A stretch of 64,000 nucleotides of DNA from Parcubacteria group bacterium (GTDB taxonomy: Bacteria; Patescibacteriota; Patescibacteriia; UBA9934; GWF2-40-263): assembly GCA_013204395.1 (NCBI GenBank), contig JABMNZ010000026.1, forward strand, positions 13,421 to 77,420. Direction: 5' to 3'. A model generated the notes under the pieces. The model was not told where the DNA came from. It worked only from the letters and a program-made list of their open reading frames with translations, and searched no databases. The position numbers were made by a program, and so were the translations under genes. Shown one piece after another: positions 1-8,722 of this stretch (positions within the stretch are counted from its first letter, which is position 1; every line of letters starts with the position of its first letter).

Positions 1-876
1 AACATTGTTTCTCTGCCTGAGTTTCTTAGAGAGGGAACAGCGTTCGAAGACTTTCATAATCCTGACCGCATTGTGATCGGAGCAGACGATGAGATCGCTG
101 CGCAAACAGTAGCAAGCTTGCATGATGGACTTGAGGCGCCAATCGTTATGACTTCTCTTGAATCAGCTGAGCTCATCAAGTACGCATCAAATGCTTTGCT
201 CGCCACAAAGATTAGTTTCATTAATGAGATAGCAAACCTAGCCGAGCGCGTTGGAGCTGATGTGCGAGATGTGGCTAAGGGAGTTGGTCTGGACAGACGA
301 ATCGGGCCACACTTTTTGAAAGCTGGAGTTGGTTATGGAGGATCTTGTTTCCCGAAAGATGTGAGTGCTCTTGCACAACTTGGAGGTGCCAAGGGGTACT
401 CGTTTAAACTTCTTTCTACTGTGATCGAGGTAAACAATCGACAGCGAGAAATTTTCTTTAAAAAAATTATTGACGAGTTGGGTGGTGTAAAGGGAAGACG
501 CATTGCTGTGTGGGGTCTGGCGTTCAAGCCTGATACGGATGACATTCGCGAAAGCGCAGGAGTAGATATTGCTCAACGTCTGTCTGCCTATGGCGCAGAT
601 CTCGCAGTCTATGACCCACAAGCCATGGACAATACTCGTCATGTCCTCTCAGATCATGTGGACTTCACGGCTACGGCCATGGATGCAGCACGGGGCGCAG
701 AGGCATTGATTGTACTTACGGAGTGGCCAGAGTTTCGCGATGTGTCTTTTGCGACCTTGAGCGAGATCATGGTTGGCCAGCACATCTTTGACGGTCGCAA
801 CCATTTTGCTGATATGGATTTACACAAGAAGGGGTTCAAATATCAGGGGGTCGGGCTCGGAAACTGTGCGAGTTAA
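1..876 (+). CDS. ugd: UDP-glucose/GDP-mannose 6-dehydrogenase (5'-truncated by window)
   Basis: Frame open from base 1: PEFLREGTA..PDRIVIG, AELIKYASNA, GYGGSCFPKD, GLAFKPDTDDIRES, FDGRN. Confidence 0.95.
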   Translation, partial: NIVSLPEFLREGTAFEDFHNPDRIVIGADDEIAAQTVASLHDGLEAPIVMTSLESAELIKYASNALLATKISFINEIANLAERVGADVRDVAKGVGLDRRIGPHFLKAGVGYGGSCFPKDVSALAQLGGAKGYSFKLLSTVIEVNNRQREIFFKKIIDELGGVKGRRIAVWGLAFKPDTDDIRESAGVDIAQRLSAYGADLAVYDPQAMDNTRHVLSDHVDFTATAMDAARGAEALIVLTEWPEFRDVSFATLSEIMVGQHIFDGRNHFADMDLHKKGFKYQGVGLGNCAS

Positions 877-2344
877 AACGATTATAAATTCACCGTCAAA
901 AACACTCGCCAGCGCTCTGGCGGTGTTTTGTTTTGGTATCTTGTTGGGTCCATTCATTCCGCCGGGGTGGTGGGAGGTTCTGCTTATCATCTCAATTGGA
1001 CTAATAGTTTCTAGTTCAGTGGTTCGACACAAGACATTCCGGTTTACTCTGGTGATGCTGGGGATATTCTTATTTGCTCTCTTCCGGTACACGCAAGTCG
1101 TCTTGCCCTCAAACATCCTTACCGTAGCTACTGCCCCTAGTTCCCAGATACGTGTCTCGGGAACAGTCGCTGGAGAAGTCGAGCAGCGTCTTGGTGGGCA
1201 ACGGATTGTGTTGGAGGATGTGGCTTTGGCGGACGAGTCTCGTTCTGGACGCTTGCTTGTGTGGGCACAGCTTTACCCAGAGATTAGTCATGGAGATGAG
1301 GTTGTGTTCACTTGCAAGGTGCAGACACCTGAACCATTTGAGGGATTTGCTTACGATCGCTTTTTAGAAAGTCAGGGGATCTTGGCTGTCTGCTATCGCC
1401 CTGAGTACATAGACGTTCATCCTAGAGAATCCTTTTCTCTCGTCGGATCCATTCTTTCATTCAAGCAGATCTCGATCAATCGTCTTGGACTCATCGTTCC
1501 AGAACCACACGCTTCGTTTTTATCTGGATTGATTTTTGGTGGAAGCTCGTCGCTTTCTTCTGAGATGAAAAATGATTTTTCTTCGACTGGTACATCACAC
1601 ATCCTGGCAGCGTCTGGTTTTAACGTTTCACTTTTCTCTCTCGTTTTTCTCGGTTGGATTCTGTCTACACGACTTGGTCGTCGCAAAGGCCTGATCCTCT
1701 CGACGATCCTGATTGTTGTTTATGTGATCATTGCTGGGGCAACTCCTGCTGTGGTGCGGGCGGGTCTTATGGGTGGGGTGGTCGTGCTCTCCTATGGAGT
1801 TAATCGCAAGAGCTCGCTTTTGAACGTTATGCTTGCCACGGCTGCACTGATGCTTTTGATCAACCCTCTCATCCTTATGGCAGACGTTGGGTTTCAGTTG
1901 TCGTTTGTTGCCACGGCGGCTGTATTGGCTCTGACTAAGCCACTGGAAAAATACCTCCAGTTCATCCCAAAGACTTTTGAGTTAAGAACATCATTCGCCG
2001 CATCGCTCTCAGCGATTATTCTCACACTCCCTATTTTGTTATGGCATTTTGGCCAGCTTTCTCTCATAGCCCCATTGGCAAACCTGCTCGTGCTTCCGTT
2101 GGTAGTCTACGCAATGGCGATAACTATTGTTGCATTGGTTGTCTCTGTGGCATTTGTTCCGCTAGGAACACTCGTTGCCTTTCCCGCATGGGCCTTGTCG
2201 TTTGTAATGCTCTGGCTCATTTCTGTGCTTGGATCGATTCCATTTGCCACGCTCGAACTTGCCCATGCCCGACTTTTGGCTATCACCGTGGCAGCAATCC
2301 TCTTTTTCATCTGGTTTCACTTTCGTTATGCGCGCCGCACCTAA
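866..2344 (+). CDS. comEC: ComEC/Rec2 competence protein (membrane, OB and Competence domains)
   Basis: TGTSHILAASGFNV, PAVVRAGLM, DVGFQLSF, PLANLLVLP motifs; GTG at 866 overlaps ugd stop (start inferred). Confidence 0.9.
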   Translation: MRVKTIINSPSKTLASALAVFCFGILLGPFIPPGWWEVLLIISIGLIVSSSVVRHKTFRFTLVMLGIFLFALFRYTQVVLPSNILTVATAPSSQIRVSGTVAGEVEQRLGGQRIVLEDVALADESRSGRLLVWAQLYPEISHGDEVVFTCKVQTPEPFEGFAYDRFLESQGILAVCYRPEYIDVHPRESFSLVGSILSFKQISINRLGLIVPEPHASFLSGLIFGGSSSLSSEMKNDFSSTGTSHILAASGFNVSLFSLVFLGWILSTRLGRRKGLILSTILIVVYVIIAGATPAVVRAGLMGGVVVLSYGVNRKSSLLNVMLATAALMLLINPLILMADVGFQLSFVATAAVLALTKPLEKYLQFIPKTFELRTSFAASLSAIILTLPILLWHFGQLSLIAPLANLLVLPLVVYAMAITIVALVVSVAFVPLGTLVAFPAWALSFVMLWLISVLGSIPFATLELAHARLLAITVAAILFFIWFHFRYARRT

Positions 2345-3221
2345 AGCTCACCACCTCACACGAGAGAGGATCTACCAGGTAGGTCTCGTTTTATGTGTCT
2401 GTGGTTTTGCCATGGCGCTTTGGGCACACACAATTTCTTTGGTCATGCCGTGGGAGCAAAGACCATTGCGAGTCTGGATGTTGGATGTGGGTCAAGGTGA
2501 TTCATTGCTCATCGAGATGCCTACGGGCGAGAGAGTACTTATTGATGGTGGACGAGATAAAAGTGTACTTTCAAAAATCGGAACCATTTTGCCACCCTGG
2601 GATCGTCGCATAGATGTGATCATTCCAACGCATCCTGACGCGGACCATATTACTGGACTCATCGAACTCACAGAGCGTTATGAAGTTGGTCTCATGATAG
2701 AGACTGGTGCCATGGCGCACACTCCACAAGGAGAAGCATTTTCACAGATTGTTATTCCACGGAAGAAAGTGAGTGCCGGTGATGTGTTGGTGTACGGAGA
2801 TGTGACACTTGAAGTTCTTTGGCCAGAACAAACTAAGCAAGGGGAGTACCCTCAAGATCGCAACGGTGCATCGCTCGTGTTCCTGCTGACATACGGTCAG
2901 ACCACCATGCTTCTTACGGGTGACGCTGAGGAATCAGCTGAGCATGCTTTTTCGGAGCTCTCTGGTGATGTAGACGTACTCCATGTCGGTCATCATGGAA
3001 GTCTCACTTCTACTACTTGGAAACTTTTGAATCTGACGAGGCCCGAATTTGCTTTGATATCAGTTGGAGAAAATAATACCTATGGTCACCCACATCCCGT
3101 TGTTGTTTCAAGACTTATTCTCTCCGGTTCAAAAATCTTTAGGACAGATTTAGATGGTGACATATTGCTTACCTCTTATGGTGGGGAACCAACCGTTGCA
3201 CCGCATCCCTTGCTGTTCTGA
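2328..3221 (+). CDS. ComEC-associated metallo-beta-lactamase-fold hydrolase
   Basis: LDVGQGDS, THPDADHITG, LLTGD, HHGS, YGHPH motifs; overlaps comEC 3' end. Confidence 0.9.
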   Translation: MRAAPKAHHLTRERIYQVGLVLCVCGFAMALWAHTISLVMPWEQRPLRVWMLDVGQGDSLLIEMPTGERVLIDGGRDKSVLSKIGTILPPWDRRIDVIIPTHPDADHITGLIELTERYEVGLMIETGAMAHTPQGEAFSQIVIPRKKVSAGDVLVYGDVTLEVLWPEQTKQGEYPQDRNGASLVFLLTYGQTTMLLTGDAEESAEHAFSELSGDVDVLHVGHHGSLTSTTWKLLNLTRPEFALISVGENNTYGHPHPVVVSRLILSGSKIFRTDLDGDILLTSYGGEPTVAPHPLLF

Positions 3222-3265
3222 TAATTTCGTGGTAGTTTTCGCGCAAAATAACGTAAGAATTTATT

Positions 3266-3727
3266 ATGCCAGACACACAAAAAACACTCGTACTTTTGAA
3301 GCCCGATGCCCTACAGCGCGATTTACTTGGTGAGATAGTGATTCGGTTTGAGCGTAAGGGTCTCAAGATTGTTGGAATGAAACTTATTCGTCTCACTGAC
3401 GATCTTCTGGATGAACATTATGCTCATCATGTAGATAAGCCATTTTTTGCATCACTTAAAAAGTTCATGATGCAGACGCCTGTGGTTGGAATAGTTCTTG
3501 AGGGAATTAACGCTATCGATGAAGTGCGAAAAATTGTTGGGTCCACAAATCCACAGGAGGCTGATGCAGGAACTATCCGCGCAGACTTCTCGATGCATGT
3601 AGGATCAAATCTGATCCACGCATCTGACACAGTTGAAAACGCGCAGGCTGAATTGAAACGTTTCTTTAGTGATGATGAGATTTTCCAGTACGACAAGATC
3701 ACAGACAGTTACGTTTTTGGAGATTAG
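3266..3727 (+). CDS. ndk: Nucleoside diphosphate kinase
   Basis: TLVLLKPDA, GTIRADF, NLIHASD catalytic His motif. Confidence 0.97.
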   Translation: MPDTQKTLVLLKPDALQRDLLGEIVIRFERKGLKIVGMKLIRLTDDLLDEHYAHHVDKPFFASLKKFMMQTPVVGIVLEGINAIDEVRKIVGSTNPQEADAGTIRADFSMHVGSNLIHASDTVENAQAELKRFFSDDEIFQYDKITDSYVFGD

Positions 3728-3739
3728 TTTTAGTTAGTT

Positions 3740-3786
3740 AAAAAGCAGGGTTTCAATAGAGATAAGCTCTAGGGCCCTGCTTTTTT
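3740..3786 (+). terminator. Intrinsic terminator after ndk
   Basis: AAAAAGCAGGG...CCCTGCTTTTTT inverted repeat with U-tract. Confidence 0.7.
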
Positions 3787-3788
3787 GA

Positions 3789-3817
3789 TTGACTGAGCGA
3801 GAAGTCTTTGGTAGCTT
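3789..3817 (+). promoter_or_regulatory. sigma70-type promoter
   Basis: TTGACT-17 bp-TAGCTT, with TG extension. Confidence 0.55.
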
Positions 3818-3867
3818 AAATTTTGTGCATTTCACGCACTCAATTCTTACAAAGGGATTATTTCGCC

Positions 3868-4059
3868 ATGGGGAAGTTGTTGAAAGAGTTGGAGGAGCTC
3901 TGGCTGAAGGTGACCGAGAAGAGTTCTCGAATCGTTGATGCGTTCATGTCGAGCTTGCTCACGCTCGAGCAGGTTCGCTACGCATCTGCCACTTCCATGG
4001 GGACGCGTGCCTTGCGTCACTTCTGCAACATCGACGATCCACGATTGGCTCAGGCCTAG
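3868..4059 (+). CDS. Small hypothetical protein (63 aa)
   Basis: ATG after AAAGGGA; downstream of promoter; amphipathic helical N-terminus. Confidence 0.5.
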   Translation: MGKLLKELEELWLKVTEKSSRIVDAFMSSLLTLEQVRYASATSMGTRALRHFCNIDDPRLAQA

Positions 4060-4236
4060 CGTAGCAATCGTCGTCTAGCACGTAGAGACTGTGCTCGCGA
4101 GCGTGCACAACTCCTCTTAAATCGAATCCACTTGCCGAAGGTTCGGTTCCAGAGATTCCTCGGTTCGAGCACTGTTGGTTCATTCAGGCCTACCGTTCAC
4201 ATCTCTACGGCTGGTCACGGGGTTGATGGTCGGCCT
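4052..4236 (+). ncRNA. Long rod-like structured RNA (3' UTR or ncRNA), unassigned
   Basis: Nested helices AGGCC/GGCCT, AATCGTCGT/ACGGGGTT, CGTAGAGA/TCTCTACG, GTGCTCG/CGAGCAC, AATCGA/TCGGTT; G-U pairs favour + strand; terminator at ~4274-4297. Confidence 0.4.
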
Positions 4237-4351
4237 CTTGTCTGTCTCAACGTCTCGCTCTGACACACGCACTGGATCCAAAGTGGGTCCTTTTTTATTA
4301 TCCACAAGCTATTTGACAGAGGGTTCATCACACAGTAGCCTAATTGAAGTT

Positions 4352-4447
4352 ATGAATCAGACAAGTTACATGATGCCCCACATCCTCTCAGCCGAGAATA
4401 TTCTCGACATTATTGTCGTTATTCTTCTAGGCTTTGCGGTGGCATAG
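4352..4447 (+). CDS. Small hydrophobic peptide (31 aa)
   Basis: TTGACA(4313)-17-TAGCCT promoter; MNQTSYMMPHILSAENILDIIVVILLGFAVA; terminator AATCACCGC..GCGGTGATT at ~4477-4506. Confidence 0.45.
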   Translation: MNQTSYMMPHILSAENILDIIVVILLGFAVA

Positions 4448-4590
4448 TATTCTCTTGTAAATAAGAATCACTATCAATCACCGCTTAATAGCGGTGATTT
4501 CTTTTTACAAACAATGGTTCTTTCGCGACAAAACATTCTTCTGGGATGTTCTGTGGCGTAAGAAACGCCTGATTATCCTAGGAGGTGTGC

Positions 4591-5574
4591 ATGCAAGCAC
4601 TCGGCACGGTTGCCCAACTCATCAATCCCGAGTTCGTGGCCACAGAAGGTCTGTATGAGTTTCGGGAAGCTACGGCAGAAGACATTCCAGCGATTCGAGA
4701 GTTGCTGTTTGATTGGTACGGCCCCTCGTACCCTTACCCGGTCAGTGCCCTCGATCCCAAGGGGTACTACCCGGCGGCGATCGATCGGAGTACGGGCATG
4801 CTTGTCGGTTTTGCCAAAGCGGTTCCGTACAAGGGGTTTCCTTCTGTGTACGAGTTCGGTGGGCTGATCGTTGCCAAGTCTCACCGGGAGAAGAAGATCG
4901 CCAAGCATCTTACGCGGATGCGTGTCGATTGGGTTCTGTCGCTGGGTGGAGCCGCTGTGGTAAGCGAGCCCGTGTGCTATCTGAGTGGTTGTCCGAGCCA
5001 GGAGAATCTCATCAAGGCAGGTTTTCACCTGGTGGCTCTGCAGGTTGGGAAGTATCCCGACATCATGCACGACACACTTGGCTTGCAGCCCGAGAGTGTA
5101 CTCATGGCCGTTCGCTGGCTTCGTGGCAATTCCCGGCTGGGACATCGCAAGGTGTTCTTGCCTAGTTACTACCGCGGTGTGTTGCACACGTTCTTGCCCC
5201 GTTACCTGCACCAGCGGCCGTGGGACGAAACGTTTGAAGATGTGCCGATGCCCCCCGCCGTTCTCCACAAGGGGTTCACCACAGCAGGTGGAACAGGGGC
5301 AGAGTTCGCTGATGTTCCTGTGAATTGGCCCGAAGCTGAGGGGATCATTCACAGTCTTCGTCTGCAGGGATTCAGGATGTGCGGCATCCTTCCAGGCTTC
5401 GGCCGCCTGTCAGACGATCGACCTTACGACTACCTGCGCATGTACCGGTTGCCAGCAAGCTTCATCATCGGGTCAGAGTCTTTCGACTTTGACAAGGTGA
5501 ATGTTGTGCCGCAGCTGGCCGCACTCAAGCACTTTGCGAGCATGGAACTCCATGGGGACATTCCCATCGAGTAG
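4591..5574 (+). CDS. GNAT-family N-acetyltransferase with C-terminal extension (paralogue 1)
   Basis: AGGAGG SD; FREATAEDIPAI, EFGGLIVAKSHREKKIAKHL (motif A variant). Confidence 0.75.
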   Translation: MQALGTVAQLINPEFVATEGLYEFREATAEDIPAIRELLFDWYGPSYPYPVSALDPKGYYPAAIDRSTGMLVGFAKAVPYKGFPSVYEFGGLIVAKSHREKKIAKHLTRMRVDWVLSLGGAAVVSEPVCYLSGCPSQENLIKAGFHLVALQVGKYPDIMHDTLGLQPESVLMAVRWLRGNSRLGHRKVFLPSYYRGVLHTFLPRYLHQRPWDETFEDVPMPPAVLHKGFTTAGGTGAEFADVPVNWPEAEGIIHSLRLQGFRMCGILPGFGRLSDDRPYDYLRMYRLPASFIIGSESFDFDKVNVVPQLAALKHFASMELHGDIPIE

Positions 5575-5604
5575 AAACACAGACACACAGAAGACTTGGA
5601 GGGC

Positions 5605-6540
5605 ATGATGCAAGCAGAAATTGATCCAGAAGATCGTTCGAAGACCAGTGATGAACTTTATCTTCGTCCAGGGAGATCTGAAGATATTTCGGCGCTCGAG
5701 CAAATCTACCGTGAAATTTACGGAGAGATGTATCCCTACTTGCCGACCTTGGAGACCGTTTGTCCAAGCAAGGGTCACTTTCTCGTCGCTTTGATTGGGA
5801 AGGAAATCGTAGGCTGCGCTGCGGCCTACGAACAGACAAATCCTTTCCTCGTGGAGTGGGGGAGGCTCGTTGTCAGTGAGCGATTTCGTGGCAGGGGGAT
5901 CGCGAAGAAGTTTGGTCACGTACGTCGCCGCTTGCTCGCACAGGGCTCCATGAACATGGCACATTCTGAGTGCGTGTGTTACGGGAAGGCAAGCCAGCGG
6001 CTGTTGAGTGGTGTTGGCTTCACACACTGGGGCATCGAACCCCTCAAGCACCCAGGGCTCAAGCCAGATGTTTTGGGCACGCAGCCTGAGACAGTGGCAA
6101 TGAGTTTGCTCTGGGACGATGGGAAATTCGGTGGGCTGGGTACACGCTCCGTCTTCGTGCCAGAGGATTGGGTTGATGGCCTGCAACTCTTGGCTCCCAC
6201 AGATATTTTTGAACAAGCACGGCAGGTACGTGCAGGTTTCTGTGTTTCCTCATCGCAAGCACAGTACTATCACCCGCGCACCGATACGTCGACAGGAATC
6301 GAAGGTTCAACTCTGGTTGATGTCGATGTGAATCATGTCAGTGCCCTGAGTGTGATCGCTCAGCTGCGCGCGGAAGATTTCCGTCTGTGCGCGTTCATGC
6401 CTGGGGTGGTTGACCGTGAAGGTGGTATCGCCTCTGATCGTGTTCGGCTCTATCGATCTTCACCCGGTACTTACATCGACTGGAGCCTTATCCAGCTCGA
6501 ACCACAAGTCCACTCCTTCTGTGAGTGGATGCGTGCGTAA
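5605..6540 (+). CDS. GNAT-family N-acetyltransferase with C-terminal extension (paralogue 2)
   Basis: GGAGG SD; EWGRLVVSERFRGRGIA acetyl-CoA motif; shares LGxQPE motif with upstream gene. Confidence 0.8.
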   Translation: MMQAEIDPEDRSKTSDELYLRPGRSEDISALEQIYREIYGEMYPYLPTLETVCPSKGHFLVALIGKEIVGCAAAYEQTNPFLVEWGRLVVSERFRGRGIAKKFGHVRRRLLAQGSMNMAHSECVCYGKASQRLLSGVGFTHWGIEPLKHPGLKPDVLGTQPETVAMSLLWDDGKFGGLGTRSVFVPEDWVDGLQLLAPTDIFEQARQVRAGFCVSSSQAQYYHPRTDTSTGIEGSTLVDVDVNHVSALSVIAQLRAEDFRLCAFMPGVVDREGGIASDRVRLYRSSPGTYIDWSLIQLEPQVHSFCEWMRA

Positions 6541-6660
6541 CAAACGCAAAAGACCTCGACGCATGAGGTCTTTTTTACTTGTGGAAATTTTGTGGATGAA
6601 CAGTGGACGTTTATCACTTGATTCACTTGCGTGGTTCTGGCAGCATGATAAAGTTTACTT

Positions 6661-6908
6661 GCCTTACGGTTCGGATGGGTGTGTCCGAAAAACAAATTGT
6701 AACAACTGGCCTGGGAATGCGGAGCTTCGGCACGGCAAAAGGGCCACACGGTTCTCAACTATCACAGCGTGGACGACATGGCGGATTAGACAAACTGCCA
6801 TCATCGCCACTAGTGATAGAGACAAAACCTGAAAGACTGGACTGGGTACTAGTCAGAACCGAACTGTGAACCAAAACTACAACAGGACCACCCATTCACC
6901 CGTTAGGC
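6661..6908 (+). ncRNA. ~250-nt structured RNA, 6S RNA-like candidate
   Basis: 5' GCCTTACGG..GGATGGGTGTGTCC pairs with 3' GGACCACCCATTC..CCGTTAGGC; A-rich bubble; inner helices; TTGCGT..TGaTAAAGT promoter immediately upstream. Confidence 0.55.
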
Positions 6909-7018
6909 GCCAAAAAAATATAACCACCCCCCGCGGCGCGGGGGGTGGTTTGACGTTTAGGGGGTTTTCTTCTATTCTCTGCCCTTGCTCTTCTCAATTG
7001 AACACGAAAGGAAGTGTT

Positions 7019-8599
7019 ATGGAAACAAAGTTGTTCCGAGCCATTCACCTGCTGGCTGTGATCAGTGTGGCTCAATATGCGGTCGTACGTGCTTACACGT
7101 GGGGGTACCTCGGTAGCACCCCGGAGATGTTGGATTTCATGATGTGGCTATGTATTGCATACATAGGCGTATTTGAGCCACTAGCCGGTGTATTGGATAG
7201 ACGTCATGAACGGATCCTGAACTCCTTGGAATACCAAGTTGGCCACTTTGCGGCGCGGATCCAGTTCAAGACGGCTGACATGGAAGACTGTTTCGTGGCC
7301 ATGATCACTCGCCAGGCAACCAAGCACGGAATCCATTCCAGTGGTGGGTGGGCCGCAACGATTGCAGAAATCGTTTCTCGTCACATCTCCCGATGGGGGC
7401 AAGTTGATGACATGGGAGGACTACATCTCCATACGCAGTTGGAGAGAAGTGGCATCCAATTTGACTTGGATGAGATAGATCGATTCGACACCACCCTCTT
7501 CCAGATAGTGGAACGTCACGCGTCCCCATTACCTTTGGGTGTGGATCCGCTGGGTCACCAATATCTACTTGCTCGCGCCTACCTAGCAGGTGCTCTCAAA
7601 GGACTTGCTGGGTTGACCAAAGAGCTCGGTGGAGACGAGTCGATTACTCGAAACGTGCGGCCTGAGGATTTCGCCCTAGCGATTGATCTCTACTGCATGG
7701 ATCCCAGAGTGACTGACATGACGATGCTGTGGACGATGGAAGGTGATGGGGAAGTCCCGGTTGGTGCCTATGACCTCTTCTGGGTCCTGGCACATTGTCT
7801 TTACATCGGCATCGATCCTAAGTCTCTCAGACGCTACCTCGGTTACCACGGCAGTTACAGCTTCCTGGCTTTGGAAGAGCTGCTTCTGCTCAAGGCCATG
7901 AACACGCGCGTCCTTCAAGAGCTCACGGACAGGCCGAACTCCTTGGACGGGGTCCCATACGAGGAGATCAACGCCCTCGTTTGCCGATGGGAAAGTTGTG
8001 GATATCCAGAGAGCTTGGCGGTGTTCCGACAGTTCCCGGACGATGCAGCGTACTACGCCCACGTCCAAGCGCAGGAGCACGGGCGGGAACAGTTGGCTCG
8101 TCAAGAAGTTGAGCGTCGGGCACAAGAGGCTCATGAACTCGCGGCTCGAAAGGCAGAAAGCGCGCCCAAGGGTCGCAAGCGTGGTCAGGGAAACGCTCCG
8201 GTTTCTGAGCCAGTGGATCTTGATCTTCAGGCTCTGTGCGATGCGCTTGTCGTTTCCACTTCGTTCGAACATCTCGATGGAACGATCGTTTCTGTGATCA
8301 TGGTGATGGGTCTGATGGCGACCGGGGATCGTCTGCCCGCTTGGCAGGATCGACCTTCCCGTACTCGCGGAAAGATCTGGGGCCAGATCCGCTCGGTGGT
8401 TTCTGGATACGATCAGCCTCGGCGGATGGTAGATGACACGGTCACTGCTCTCGTCCGAGAGAGGGTGATTGATTACACGGGTGGCAACTACCGTCTGCGC
8501 GAGCCAAACGACGCCTTGCGAACAAGGAGTCCCGACTCACACGCACTACTCATCAGTGCCAAGGGGCTCATCAGTCGAGCCAAGGCACTAGCAAGCTGA
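7019..8599 (+). CDS. Orphan protein, conserved C-terminal wHTH-like module family member 1 (two N-terminal TM segments)
   Basis: TTGACG(6950)-17-TATTCT promoter, AAAGGAAG SD; C-terminal ~120 aa aligns with members 2 and 3. Confidence 0.8.
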   Translation: METKLFRAIHLLAVISVAQYAVVRAYTWGYLGSTPEMLDFMMWLCIAYIGVFEPLAGVLDRRHERILNSLEYQVGHFAARIQFKTADMEDCFVAMITRQATKHGIHSSGGWAATIAEIVSRHISRWGQVDDMGGLHLHTQLERSGIQFDLDEIDRFDTTLFQIVERHASPLPLGVDPLGHQYLLARAYLAGALKGLAGLTKELGGDESITRNVRPEDFALAIDLYCMDPRVTDMTMLWTMEGDGEVPVGAYDLFWVLAHCLYIGIDPKSLRRYLGYHGSYSFLALEELLLLKAMNTRVLQELTDRPNSLDGVPYEEINALVCRWESCGYPESLAVFRQFPDDAAYYAHVQAQEHGREQLARQEVERRAQEAHELAARKAESAPKGRKRGQGNAPVSEPVDLDLQALCDALVVSTSFEHLDGTIVSVIMVMGLMATGDRLPAWQDRPSRTRGKIWGQIRSVVSGYDQPRRMVDDTVTALVRERVIDYTGGNYRLREPNDALRTRSPDSHALLISAKGLISRAKALAS

Positions 8600-8645
8600 C
8601 CGACATGCTCGGTCTGAGGTCCATACGTTGGACCTCTTTTTTATT
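8594..8645 (+). terminator. Double-hairpin terminator, repeat copy 1
   Basis: GACCGA..TCGGTC then GAGGTCCA..TGGACCTC plus T6; near-identical copy at 10247-10300. Confidence 0.85.
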
Positions 8646-8722
8646 GTCATTCTCTTGACAAAGAGGCCTTTTCCCCTTAATCTCCCTCCTTCGCCTAGGA
8701 AGGCGATGAGAAAGGTTTCTTC

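Noticed and set aside
6866-7018. N-terminal extension of the 577-aa ORF and short ORFs at 6410-6869
   Set aside because: Overlap the structured RNA, hairpin and promoter; the SD-supported ATG is at 7019.
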